The notes beneath the pieces were generated by a model. It ran no database searches and was not told the DNA's origin. It saw only the letters and a program-made list of their open reading frames with translations. The translations under genes were made by a program, and so were the position numbers. A DNA stretch of 64,000 nucleotides from Veleropilina oligotropha. Lineage: Eukaryota. Positions 1 through 12,813 of this stretch are shown here, one piece after another. The stretch covers positions 124,001 through 188,000 of the forward strand of contig JBEUKZ010000130.1 of the NCBI GenBank assembly GCA_048128005.1. The letters are read 5' to 3'. Within the stretch, counting starts at the first letter, position 1. The number at the start of each line of letters is the position of its first letter.

Positions 1-389
1 GCCACCACCAATTTATTGGGGTGGCATTTAGATTTACTCTTGTCCGTCCCGTCCATCCGTCCGTCCCGTCCCGTCCGTCCCGAAACCAGTATTTGCGTGT
101 AAGCAACTCCAATCTGCTATAACTTCTATTTGCCTTCATGGATTGACTTCATACTTTGTACACTTGCTTATCATCATTCATCCTTCGCTTCTGCGACCCA
201 TCCATGTCGCCGTATGGCCAAGGTCAAGGTCAAATGACTTAGCTCTTCAAACCAGTATTTGCGTGTAAGCAACTCAAATCTGCTATAACTTCTATTTGCC
301 TTCATGGATTGACTTGATACTTTGTACACTGCCCCTATGGTCAAGGCTGCCAGTGGGGGCATTCGTGTCCGATGGACATATTTCTAGTT
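1..389. mobile_element. Helentron/HINE-like non-autonomous element (left-truncated by window edge)
   Basis: Hairpin gccaccaccaat..attggggtggc, then a (GTCC)n microsatellite, two internal ~170-bp repeat units (aaaccagtatttgcgtgtaagcaactc...), and the terminus ...ggacatatttctagttt. Confidence 0.65.
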
Positions 390-849
390 TATCGTTGACT
401 TCGTAATATATTTGTAATTATTTGCATAAAAATGACTTTAATGTTATATTGTAATCTTATGCAATCAAAACAATAATAAAAGTGAGTTTTACAAAAATAA
501 TACCACTGTAAAAATTTAACTTTTCATATCAACATTAACATGGTTCACCATTGATACAATTAACAGAGAGAAGCGACTTCTCTTTTGAGAGACAACAGAG
601 CGAAATTTGGGCATCAGTGAGAAGTGGTAATTTTTATAAAGAGAAGTGACGTACGTCTGCAATAAATATATTTATATGAATACCTACCTTACAAAATTAA
701 TAAATAAATATGACAAATAATTTTTTTTTAAATATTACATAAAAATATTTGTCGCCCTTCTCAAACAAGGCATATACTGGATTGATAATAATGAACAAAT
801 TAATATATAATATATAAATATTAATAAATGAATTGTAAAAAAATATTAA

Positions 850-1195
850 TCTCTATATATAAAAGAGTAGAGTCTGTCTGTCTGTCTATCTGTCTGTCTG
901 TCCGCTATCTCCTCCGTAACCACTGGGCCGATCCTCACCAAAGTTTGCATGTCAACTAAGGGTACCCAGGGGATGGTCTTGGCCGCAAAAAAAAATTAAT
1001 TTTGAAAAAAAAAGATAATTTTTAATTTTTAATTTTAGGCGAAAATATAAATTTTGCAAATTGTATGCAATTTGTAGTTGCCTCAAAATAAAGCAAAACA
1101 TTGTCAATTAATATGAGGGGCATAGCCCCTCCACTTGGGGCCGCAGGCCCCACGACGCTGAATTAGAGCTCCCGAAGGGAGCTCAATTCAGCTAG
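850..1195 (+). mobile_element. Non-autonomous Helitron
   Basis: 5' TC(TCTATATATAAAA), then a (CTGT)n microsatellite. 3' GC-rich hairpin gctgaattagagctccc-gaa-gggagctcaattcagc directly followed by CTAG. Inserted between A and T with no TSD. Confidence 0.75.
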
Positions 1196-3222
1196 TAAAA
1201 ACATATTTTTGCTTGCCAGAGTTTTCACCAAAATTGACAGGTAGCCATTTTGTTTGCGTCCATGTGCTGACATGCGTTTTAAATGCATTTTATGATTAAA
1301 ACTTGGTAAATCATGACCAATATCACATCAAAAGGTATGTCTTTTAATTAGTTGCCATCATAGCGTCAATTCATTAGGGCTTCTAGCCTTGAAAAGGCTG
1401 AAGGCCTATTGTAATTCAAGGAATTATTTTTATTTTGTGATTGTTTGTTCCTTACGTATCTCTGACCCTACAAATGTGATCCATTTCAGAATTCAGAAGT
1501 GGACAGGTATAATAGGGAACTCGTGTGAAACTGCAAAATTGACTTCCTTGGAATTGTGGTTTGGATGATATCTTGTATTTTTTTTAAAATGGACCTTTTT
1601 AAAAAATCTCCAAATCCGCCGATCAGGATATATTATCTAGACAATATGAAGAAATAAATTTGCACAGGAAAATTTCATCGGACGCAAAATAAGGTGGCTA
1701 CGGCTATTTCAATCTTTATAAAAAATTGAACTTTTGACATTTTTTATATCAGTTATAAATCTTATTCAGCTTTATCTATTCGTTTCAATGTTGACTGGGA
1801 GGGTTTATGCTTATGTTAAGTTATGTTTGCTGCATATAGGTCGTTGGTGCTTCTGGTAACGCCATAATTTTGAATTAATTAAAATAATTCGAACAGTTTT
1901 CTCGTTTATTGTTGCTCTGTTCGAAGTGAAAATCGGCATATGCTGACATCATTATAATCTCAATTGTTTTGCGAACGAAAACTTGTTAGCAAAAAGGCAT
2001 TAACGGTTATGATCAATTTAATTTTAAAATTTATAACGGCTCTAGTTCCCTTAATTTTTATTAATATGAAACTAAGCGTAATTCATGTGTACTATCGGAA
2101 TATGCATATAAAATATTGATATTTTGGGGTATTTAAAAGATACGCGTATTTAAATTTCGTGTTTTAAAACGGCCATAAAACAGCTAATAATGTTTTCATA
2201 TATTTAAAATTTTAACTGACGGTCTACATCTTTGCAAGGAATATATGTTATGATTTTTATGAAATTTGACTCATCCATTCAAGAGTTAGCTTTTTTATTG
2301 TGTCTATGCTTGACGTTTATTGCTCTTGGTAAACAATCTGCAGGAAGAATTTGGATCCTGGCTGGCTCCTAAGTAAACATTCTGTTCAGACACCCTACAA
2401 TAGATTGTTATTTAGAGTAATTAGATCATTTAGAGTAATTAAAAATATCTATCAAATGGGCATTTAATTATAATTAAAACATTAGTATAGATTAATTTTA
2501 GTGCTCCTTGTGTAAACTTCATCCCACTAGGGAAACCAGTTATATAACCGAGAGAAGAGTACGACTATAATGGTCAAATAAGGTCACACATATGTACATC
2601 TAGATCGGTGTGTCTTTTTATTCAAATATACTCTAATACACTCAAATAAACGTAAATCTATTAAAATAAGGTAATATATATGTACATAGGAGATGCGTAT
2701 GTATTAAATGTTATCCCTAAATGAAAAATGTTCATCGTATCGTGAAGAAAGGTGCACATACTTAAAATACAGGTAACGCAACGAGCGAAGACAACGTGGA
2801 GATTATAAAATTGAGACACCGTTTGTCGAAATCACTGACACGATAATTATCTATTTCACCTGACAGTGTCCATACTGGACATTTAAAACGCACGACATAT
2901 GTTAGAAATTAACCCATCGTCGCGTTGGATATAATATCGGGTATCCAGAAATGATAAATAATTATTAAAATCGGTGATTTAGCAAGACTGATTATCATTA
3001 TTTTTACCGGTTTTGATAATTCGTTACCCCTGTTTCCGCATCCTTTTCTGACTAGAAATACTGATGGCATGATTGTGTTATAAGTGCGTTTGCACTCCAT
3101 AATATCATAGTATTTAGTAAATGCAAAGTTAGTTGTAGAATTATATATATATCATCATCGTCTTCTTCCATTTATGCATTTGAGACTATGTCGCTCTTCT
3201 ATTCCCTTGTTGCGTTGGCTCT

Positions 3223-3662
3223 CAGGCGCGGATCCAGGAATTTCGCTTAGGGGGGGCGCTGAATTTACTATCAACTGTTCGCGTGGGGGCGGGGCCCCAC
3301 ACAAAAGAAAATTTTGAGAATCAACAGCCTGAAACCCCCTCTCCTGCATTCTGACAGGGCAAAAGCGATATTTCATTCTAACTTTTTATGAACCACCGTC
3401 ACTCAAATAGCACGAGTCAAATTTTAATTTTAATTTTATTTTGTCATAATCAAATTGTCCGCGTGGGGTCGGCGCCCCACGAGCAAGAAAATTTTGACAA
3501 TTAACGATGTGAAATCCCCCCTCCTGCATTATAATTTATTACATTGCGACAACCTATTTATAATGTTCTGAAAGTCATTTTTATCACATTATACATATTA
3601 TTTTAGTATGCTTGGCCAACTTTAGGGGGGGCGGGCGCCGCCCCCCCCTGGATCCGCGCCTG
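3223..3662. mobile_element. MITE with CAGGCGCGGATCCAG TIRs and 5-bp TSD (hAT5-like)
   Basis: 15-bp perfect TIRs. GCTCT is duplicated at 3218-3222 and 3663-3667. An inverted second copy lies at 8421-8883. Confidence 0.85.
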
Positions 3663-4534
3663 GCTCTCTGTTGTCAAATATTTTATTATTTCGAAAGTTC
3701 TAGTACATCGTGAACAGTTCCCTTAAACAATGCTAGTTCTGTATACTTAACTATCGAATCGAAAACATAACCCGTTTAAACAACCGTAATTGACCGCAAC
3801 AAAATAAACAGAGGCAAAGCTTCATTGTATAGTTATGACACGCGCTTTCCGATTCTGCGCAATTCGGGATACATGCAACATACATAATAGATAAATAACT
3901 TGTGCACAATTAGCGAATATTGTCTAATCAAAATTAGTCTGGCACTTACCTTCTGTATTTGATGTGCTATTTATTATTATATATATAATACCCGGCTAGT
4001 ATTGTTAATAAATTTATAACTATAATTATGCCATAGCATAATTTAAATTATAAATGCCTTCCGTTTCCAAGTAGCACACATATTTATTATTACCTCTAGT
4101 AGTAGGCCTAAGATGGCATTGTTTCAGTTTGGCCTGCATAACATGGCCCACCAGCCCATCACATACTCAAGATTTTGTTTGCTGATTATGCAATTTTATT
4201 TACACCTCCTGTGCTAATGACTTGACACATAATGAGATTAACTTAATTTGTAGGCTACCTGGTGATTTACAGTTGTCGCAACAATCGTAAATAAACAGCC
4301 AATATAGGTTATAAATAATTGCTAGTCCTTTATTGTATCCCAGGAAACGAAAGTGTCGGGGGGGGGGGGGTACTATGATTTACGTTCCGTTTCTCTCAGT
4401 CTAACAAACGTATACACGTTAATTTGTACAATGCATTTCCGACATGATACATCATATTGCTAGTATTAGACAAATTACACAAGGTGACCAGACTCGGTGC
4501 CAAGATTTAAATATTAAATTTCCCCATTTTAATA

Positions 4535-4803
4535 GGCCGCTTCGACCGTCGTGTGGTATCGGTTGTGGACTCCGAAATCACAGACTTCATTCCGCTGACG
4601 CGAACAGTAGTGGGTTCAAACCATGGCAGGGCCACCACACACATTTGTTGAAGTTATGAATCACAGTTGTACGTAACTGGTCGGAGAGGGTGGGTTTCCC
4701 AGGGCGACCGGGCTTTCCTCCTGCGATAATATGAACATGTCCTGCTTTGAACCAAATGATGTTTGGAAATAAACAGGACATCAAGCATCGATCATTTTCT
4801 TTC
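4535..4803 (+). mobile_element. tRNA-headed SINE, subfamily A
   Basis: Starts GGCCGCTTCG. B-box-like GGTTCAAACC. Central GGGTTTCCCAGGGCGACCGGGCTTTCCTCC resembles the V/Meta-type SINE central domain. Homologous copies at 32761 and 53776. Confidence 0.8.
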
Positions 4804-4829
4804 CCGATTTTGACATTAAGCGCAACCGT

Positions 4830-5075
4830 TACTACAGGAATCTGTAGTCATGGAAGAAGTTACTTCCAAATGAATAGCACTTGTTGATAGGCAAGTGAAT
4901 GCCAACCCCATAACGTTTCATAAAACTTCTGCCATGTTTAATTTCGATTGCACCTAATAGGTAATCCATACCGACATCTGAGAATGGTGCCTGTTTTGGT
5001 GTTACTCGTAACCATTCAACAGCCATTGTTGAGTGTATTTTGTGCTGAGCACCCACACGTCATTCCATGAAATAA
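4830..5075 (-). mobile_element. BEL/Pao LTR retrotransposon integrase fragment (degraded)
   Basis: Translation ...LRVTPKQAPFSDVGMDYLLGAIEIKHGRSFMKRYG matches the BEL/Pao integrase pattern RVTP..PF..VG.DY.GP...K.GR...KRYG, then breaks frame. Confidence 0.7.
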
Positions 5076-5879
5076 TATCGGCGCAACAGTACATTTATTC
5101 ATCCGGTATAAGCAAAATACAATTAAACATCGTTGTGCTGAACTATGATAACTCGAATACCGGGATTTGTTGATGTCATGTCTTTATCCTGGCTGAGTTA
5201 CTATAAGTTATCCTAACTCCTGGCGAGGCTGGTATAGCATTTACTGTGATGATAAATAGCCATATCGGACTCCAGGAGTTTGGATAACATATTTATTCAA
5301 CATTTCCTCCCAAAATTGTAATATATGCCATAGGTGTACTTTTTGCGATACCGAACATCGTACGTTACAGAGTTGAATAAAAAAATTGGAAATAATTTAT
5401 TTAAATAACAGCGTAACAAGTGTATAATTAACAAATAATTTTAATAATACAAGTCAATTAATTAACAAATGTAATTTTTTTCGATATTTAAATTTGAGAG
5501 TGACCTCATGCATGTTTACAATAGTGTTCCCAGCTGATGGCAGCCAAGCGCGAGGTTGAATACTAGTATTCGAGTAGCCCAACAACAAAATGTCAAAATT
5601 ACTTATGCGAATATTCAATGGTGATGATCGAGAATGCAATGAGTTAAACGTGCAGTTATTGAATATTAGAGACTGGGACTGTGTTTACTCGTTGAGGAGG
5701 GACGTGTTCAATGTCGTCAAACATATCTTGCATTCGATCGTGATTCCTTGGAAGTGAGAATCAGGTGTTTCGGTTGAAGTGATTGCGTGACCCGATGTGG
5801 ATTTTACAGGACAAAGCGGATTATCTTTACACTCGTGCATAAACTCAGTGACAAAACTAGATGTTGTTATTGTCCACAA

Positions 5880-6725
5880 TAACAGGAATGTCTACCCTGC
5901 TTGAAATTCTATTTTTAGCAACAGGTCATGTGACCTTTGATCTCAAATGCAAGTCCAAAGCATCCTTTTTCATATGTAACCTGCCTGCTAAATAAGAAAC
6001 GGTAGTAACTGACTGGCTAACAAATTTCAATCAAATTTCTGAAATATTCTATTTTTAGCAATAGTCCCTTTGACCGATTGACCTCAAGCGCAATCCCAAG
6101 CATCTTTCCTCATAGATAATCTGCCTGCTAAATATGACCAACATTGCTAAATATGAATGGTATTTATGAACAGGAAAGCAAATAGCAATCAAAATTCTAT
6201 TTTTAGCAACAGGTCATGTGACCTTTAAGCGATTGACCTCAAATGCAATTCCAAGGGTCTTATCCTGATAGGCAACCTGCCTGGTAAATATGAACATGTT
6301 CGCTAAGTATGAACAGTAGTTATCATCTGGAAAGCAAATTGCAATCGAAAATTTAGGAAATTTTATTTTTAGCCACAGGTCATGTGACCTTTGGCGCACC
6401 GACCTGAAAAGCAATCCCAAGCGACCTCTCCTCATAAGCAATCTGTGTACCAAATATGAAAAAAATCGCTGAAAGGGAACGGTAGTTATCGTCCGGAAAC
6501 CAAATCTGAGACAAAATTCTATTTTTAGTAACAGATCACATGACCTTTGGCGCACCGACCTGAAAAGCAATCCCAAGTGACCTCTTCTCATAAGCAACCT
6601 GTGTACCAAATATGAACAAAATCGCTGAAAGGGAATGGTAGTTATCGTCAGAAAACCAAAGCGTGACAGACGGACGGACGGTACAAAAACAATATGTCTC
6701 CCCAGAGGGTATGGGAGACGTAATT
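5880..6725. mobile_element. Helentron/HINE-like element with internal ~150-bp tandem repeats
   Basis: Repeated units (ttctatttttagcaacaggtcatgtgacctt...), a (GACG)n microsatellite and a terminal hairpin tgtctcccc..gggagacg. Confidence 0.65.
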
Positions 6726-7054
6726 AAGTTCTTTATCGGAACGGTGATTTTTGGTAAGTTCATCTTTGCATTTTTTTATTGATCGATTTGTTTTGAAAAC
6801 GGCAGATGGCAACAATTTATTCTTATGACGTTTACGAGTCCGATATAAATTTGCGTCGGAGGACGGTATGGAGTTTTATCCTCACGGCACGCGACGTCGA
6901 AAAACGCGTCTTAGCCAATCGCTGTTTAGAAGGCAGATAAATGTTGAAATAATGTATAATATCTCTAAATTAAACCCTGATAAGTCGAACTTGGATAACT
7001 CGAATGTGTCAAAGTATTATGGAAGTCTCCTGTAAATATTTCTTCATAAGGATG

Positions 7055-7233
7055 TGGGAGGAATGATGGTTAATGTCCTGTATATTTACAACATCGAGGT
7101 TCAAGGCAGGACATGTCCGTGTTATCGCGGGAGGAAACCCCGGTCGCCCAGGTAAACCCGCCCTCTTTGGCCAGTCGCGGACAACTGTCATTCATAACTT
7201 GAACAAATGTCAATGCCTCAGCCAGGTATTGAA
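7055..7233 (-). mobile_element. tRNA-headed SINE, subfamily B, 5'-truncated
   Basis: Near-identical to the 3' two-thirds of the copy at 55611-55868. Confidence 0.8.
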
Positions 7234-7407
7234 TAATTCTTTATGAATCTGACTGCTCCATAAATTTTGAAATAAATTTTGAATGTATACGATAAAATGG
7301 TAGGTTTAAAATTAGTATATATACAGTTTGTAAATGATATTTAATATCTTTTTTCTAATTCTGTTTTAGCAGTTGCATCTGATCTATTTGTCCAGTGATG
7401 CCCACAT

Positions 7408-7645
7408 GAGGAGGAATGATGCTTAATGTCCTGTATATTTACAACATCGAGGTTCAAGGCAGGACATGTCTGTGTTATTGCGGGAGGAAACCTCGGTCGC
7501 CTGGGTAAACCCGCCCTCTTCGGCCGGACAACTGTGATTCATAACTTGAACAAATTTCAATGCCTCAGCCAGGTATTGAACCCACTACTGTTCGCATTAG
7601 CGGAATCAAGCCAGTGAATTTTAGAGTGGACACTCTACCCACTGC
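7408..7645 (-). mobile_element. tRNA-headed SINE, subfamily B
   Basis: Near-identical to 55611-55868, lacking only the extreme 5' end. Confidence 0.8.
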
Positions 7646-7749
7646 GAAAATATATTTTTAAATTTTTCGAAAGAAAATTTAATTTTTGTAAAAAAATAAA
7701 ATTTGCCATAACCCTTATTCTACTTTTACTAGACTGTTCAAACTTCGTA

Positions 7750-7962
7750 GACGTAAGTGGGTACCTGGTTGGCGTGTTAATTAGTCTTAGCGCTCATTAG
7801 TGGCTGCTTGACTAGTGATACTCTCAAAGAGAGCGGAGATGGATCAATGATCAGAACAGGCCGATAAAAACCAGGGATAATAAATTGTGAAAGCGTCTGC
7901 GAGCATATATATATGGATACAGCGCTATATAAATCTCCAATTATTATTTATTATTATTATTA
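7750..7962 (+). mobile_element. 3' part of a second SINE family with an L2-type tail
   Basis: gtaagtgggtacctg (CORE-like motif) ... gcgctatataaat followed by an (ATT)n tail. Confidence 0.5.
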
Positions 7963-8420
7963 TATGCAAAGTTATGTTTGCTCTGCATTCTTGCTACACT
8001 TTAAACGTCTTATATCGAAAATAATGAATTGCGCACGATCAGCTTGAAGCCCTGTACAGCTGCTTTAATTATATTTGTAATGCAAATAATGCAGCAATTG
8101 ATCTTCTAAGCTGGACAATGCAGGCGCATCAGAAGCCACCTGACATTGGGCCGCTACTTGAGCGGCCAAAGGCCACGATCATTGAGCGACCGTAGGTCAT
8201 GAATATCTAGGGGGGTTTGGGGGCATGCCCCCCCCCAAGATTTTTTTATTTGGACGCTCTGAGAAGCGTTCTCCTGCATTCTGGGGCACAAATTCACAGT
8301 TTTTTTTGTTTAAAAATTTCATGTTTGGAGATTTTATAAATTATTAAAAACGTTAAAATTTTCTATAATAAACTTTGCAGTATCCGTGAAATCGACCATG
8401 GCAAAGATTGACCAGCAAAC

Positions 8421-8883
8421 CAGGCGCGGATCCAGGGTGGGCGCACCCGGCGCGTGCCTCCCTAAAGCTGGTCAAGCATACTAAAATAATATGTATAATC
8501 TGATACAAATGACTTTCAGAACATTATAAATAGACCTACTCCAAAATACTCAAGTTGAATTGTATTACTATTAGCTTTTGCAATGTAATAATGCAGGAGG
8601 TGGGATTTCATTGTCAAAATTTTCTTGCGCGGGGGGCGCCGACCCCCACGCGGAGATTTGATTATGACAAAATAAAATAAAAATTTGACTCGTGCTATTT
8701 GAGTGACGGTAGATCATAAAAAGTTAGAATTAAATATCGCTTTTCCCCTGTCAGAGTGCAGGAGAGGTGGTTTCAGGCTGTTGATTGTCAAAATTTTCTT
8801 TTGCGTGGGGCCCCGCCCCCAAGCGAACAGTTGATAGTAAATTCAGCGCCCCCCCCTAAACAAAATTCCTGGATCCGCGCCTG
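8421..8883. mobile_element. MITE with CAGGCGCGGATCCAG TIRs and 5-bp TSD (second copy)
   Basis: Same TIRs as 3223-3662, body inverted. CAAAC is duplicated at 8416-8420 and 8884-8888. Confidence 0.85.
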
Positions 8884-9128
8884 CAAACCTCCTGCTAATT
8901 TATTTGGTTGAATATGGCGTGACATGTGACATAGCCACAACGTGCTTCGGCTTCGCAGACATTACCGAAACGTGTGATGTCAGGTCGCGTATTCGATCAT
9001 GGCAAATAATATTTTCCGTATAGGCCTACTGTATAGGCAAATATTGCCGCTGGCACTGCGTGCTCGTTATTGAAATCTCGAATCGGTATATGCGTATCTA
9101 TTAAAAATGGTAGTCGGTAGTAGCCTAA

Positions 9129-9745
9129 AGCTGAAGTGTCGACGTCTGCGTCAATCGGATCCGTTTGACATGTACACATATATGCGTCAAAGCCTTTCCG
9201 TCATGGATCTGTCCGACGATAAGGAAGGTACGATTGTCATGCTTATTGCCAATCGTCATCTGCAGACAAATTCACCAAGGCGTAGGTTTTGGGAGCATGA
9301 AAGAGTCCAAGAAATGAAAGAACAATCTCATACTTAGGGAATTATACATAAACGATGATTAATTTATCTGGTATCTCCGACCGACAAAAGTGCATTTTTC
9401 ATTGGTGCTACATTACATTGGAAACGTTCTAACGAAAGTATCTAGGTACAGGGAGACTATCGAACTGCCTCTACTACAGATTCTACAAATTCCGACGTCA
9501 TATTTCCAAATCTCGCAATTTCGACCATGCACTTGGTTACTGTGGTTTCCCCAGTGTTAATGCATACGACGTCACCTCCTCTCCGTAAAACGGATCCGTT
9601 TGCACTTTACTTCAAGATGTTGAACGCATTGCGTTTAACGCATCCATCTGACGGTGATGGATGCGTGTTGACCCATATATGTGAACGCACATATTGAAGA
9701 TAGTGTTTAAACGGATCCGTTTAACGCATATATGTGTCTTCAGCT
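9129..9745. mobile_element. PIF/Harbinger-like MITE (TWA target)
   Basis: TIR AGCTGAAG..CTTCAGCT with subterminal inverted ggatccgttt motifs, flanked by TAA/TTA. The paralogous empty site is visible at ~19255-19285. Confidence 0.7.
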
Positions 9746-11994
9746 TTATAGAATTGGTAACCTACAGACTCCCTACCGTGCAAGTCGGTAGGGTTGGCAA
9801 GTAGGCTGACTCGTAAAAATTGTTAATGACGCGCGAGCGCGCTGTGCATTGTAGATAAATTTGGAAAACCAGAACGCCTCAGACGCGATTTCCGGTCACT
9901 ATTTCACCTGCCGCAAGTTGCATAAATAACCGGCTCAAAGGCTTTTTTGTAGCAACATATCATGATTTGGAGAATAATATTTGAAGGCTAAAGACTGGCT
10001 TATAGTGTGTGTATGAGAATATCAATGGACAATATCCAAGTACATGTAAGCAGTACTGAAGTAGGACAACCATAAACATAGAGGTGAACCAGTAACCGCC
10101 TTGAGTGACAACAACTTTTAATATTGCGATAGGTCATACTGAATGCTTCTATTAGTTCTATTGTGAAACTGTCACACGTTTCCTTCAGTTTCTTAATTCG
10201 AATACGTTCCTGGAAAACTCAAAGACGACGAGAGATAATATGTCAGTCTTTAATATCTTGGGTTACTGCATAGCGGTTAAAATAGCTTATTTAAAAGAGG
10301 CCATCGCCTCTGGTTGTAGCCAAGTTGCTACCAGCGATATCTGCTTCTAAGTTGTGATCGTCTGTTGCTCAATATCTGACTTCAAGGAATTTAGATGTCC
10401 GTGTAAGTTAACTCCCATGTTCGGAAATGTTGTGAGTTTCCATAAAGAGTTATCTGATGGTAAAGGATTCATGTTCCGTGACTAACATAGAACCTGGCAG
10501 TCATCGATTCCTCCGGTACAACCATGTCATGGTTCAACTTGCAGTTACTTGACAATGGAGTCAATTCCAATATACATTGGAAGATAAAGTTTATTTACAG
10601 CAGCATGGAATATAATGGCGGTTACATCAACAGAACAAAAGCAAAGCAGCGGATATAGGCCTATATGAGTTCAACCTCGATTGGCGGTCGGACAGGTTGG
10701 AACTAATTTGCACAATACAAATTACCCTATTTTAAAAGATACTCGTCCACAAATGGTTATCAAATTCTGTAACTTCATTGGCTTAGAGAGATCATTCGAT
10801 GCCGACTAAACAACTACTTATGGAAAATTCCAGTTACAGGGCGCGTGTATGTCTTGACAGTGGCGTAGTTACTATACTCTATTAGGCAAAGTAGGCCCGG
10901 GCATGCTACATTTGTGTGGCACGAAGAAGACATGCTGTCAGTCAAGTAAGGTTTAATTTCCGTACATATTGGGGCACCGGCCCCTGCTGCGATGCCTCTG
11001 CAATGTGGGTGACCCAATTAGGTGCCACCAAATCGCTAGACAAAAGATTGTTGAGTCTGACATATTATACTCTTTGTTTGAAGCTGAATGGCCAATTAAG
11101 GAACAATCATGCTGGCATAGTTAACAGCAATCCCAGTAAGATTCCTTACTCTTCTGAATAACATTGCAAGAAAATAAATTATACGGAAGAATTAAGTTGT
11201 CTCTGGAGTATTTTCTGATTTTGAGAGACGTGTGTATTTCCGGAGACTCCTGAAATAGGCCATTTTGGGGGTGCCGATTCCCGGAGTATTATCCTCCCGG
11301 CCGGAGGTATCACATGTATGACCGTGTGGATAAGACTGCGGCTCACAATTCACTGGCTTCACAAGGATGGGTTAGAATCCACAGTTCAGAACACATTGAT
11401 TTAATGACTTACAAATATTGATAAATGAACTGGTAATAGTCATATAATGTTTATAAATATTGGGAGTAGAGCCATAATTATTTACTTGCAGCATGCACGT
11501 TTTATAAAGCACTCTTATATATTAACGATCCAGGCAATGATATAGGATTTTCGAAGTATTGATTAATGCAGGTGAAATTCGGCTTGATGGTTGCAATTCA
11601 CTGGTGACCGAAAAGATCAAATTGTGACAGCCAAACCCTGCTGGACAATGCTGCAGTCACCCAGTTAACAAAGTCGCCGTGTGTGAGCCCAGGCACAACC
11701 CACGACTGCCAGCCAAGACTCTTGAATGAGGATACGGGCATGGAATGATAACAGTATATCTCGCTCCTCCCTGTGAATCACCTCGGTTCTGGACTTTCTT
11801 TAATGTGAAACCATCTCTCGTAAAAAAAATTGGTATCTGTATACTATGTTATTTTTCAGAGGGTTTGGTTTACTAAGGGGGGGAAATAAGAAACTATGTT
11901 GGAGCAAAATGTGTGGTGTCTCGATATTAGATGCTGGTCATTGACCGTGTATCGCTCGCTAGAGCGAGCCTATCATCAAGAAAAGGATACACTC

Positions 11995-12392
11995 TTTTTA
12001 CAAATTCTTTAAGGAAGATGATTCTGCATTGTTGATTTCACAAACATCTTGAGCGAGATGGATCGAGATGATTCAGTATTCTCTAGAGTATCGATTTCAC
12101 AAATCCTTTGAGCGAGATATATATCTAGATGATGAAGAATTTCTCTAAAAGCACTGATTTCACATATAATATTCTTTGAGATATCTAGATGATTCAGAAT
12201 TTCTCTAAAATCATGGATTACACAAATTCTTTAGTGTGATATCTAGGTGATTCAGTGTTCTATAACAGCATTGATTTAACAAATTCTTTGAGCGGCATAT
12301 CTAGATGATTTCGTATTCCCTAGAGTGGTGATTTCACAAATTCTTTGATCGAGATATCTAGATGATTCAGTATTTTTCTAAAGCACTGATTT
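11995..12392. repeat. Degenerate ~57-60-bp tandem repeat (~7 units) spanning the BPL_N stop codon and 3' UTR
   Basis: Unit tgatttcacaaattctttga(gc)gagatatctagatgattcagtatt..ctaaagcac recurs. The first unit on the minus strand encodes NQCFRKILNHLDISIKEFVK. Confidence 0.85.
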
Positions 12393-12813
12393 CTCAAGTC
12401 ATTGCCATCATATAACTGCATAATGAATTTCTTGACGGTATCATCATTTTGATCCAGGTCAGTGGGTCTGAACTCCGGGTGGATCCCAGTTAGTATTGCC
12501 TTTCCCCGACCAGGAAACACCTTCACAATTGCCGCAGCGCTTCCACCCGCATTGTGGAAGGTCGCTAACACTTCCTCTTGGTGGCTAGGTTGATCTGAAC
12601 TTGACGACTCCTGTGAAATACCAGATATTATATCAGAATCTCTAGGTTTTTCTGTATCGTGATGCGAGTAAGGATAGAACGCTCCTCCGCCATTAAAGTA
12701 GATGGGCATCAAAGTTGGTTCCTGGTCTGGCAGACGGACGTTGATGCATGGGGCAGAGGCTCCTGTCTCCTTGTTGTACTGAAAGCCTGGAAACACGGGA
12801 CCAACGCACTTCC
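12320..12813 (-). CDS. Stand-alone BPL_N (biotin-protein ligase N-terminal, class-I GATase-like) protein, coding exon 4 (last)
   Basis: Acceptor ttgcag|GG AAG TGC. Encodes GKCVGPVFPGFQY...YFNGGGAF...GKAILTGIHPEF...stop. Phase matches exon 3. Confidence 0.85.

Larger units (their letters stand above)
8150..9803. mobile_element. Copy of the 19211-20029 MITE family, carrying two nested MITEs
   Basis: 8160-8345 and 9000-9803 are reverse-complement homologues of 19780-19990 and 19222-19390. Terminus gtagggttggcaagta. Confidence 0.7.

Noticed and set aside
10100..11160. Possible decayed DNA-transposase coding sequence
   Set aside because: Only faint, interrupted motif resemblance. It needs tblastn/HMM evidence.
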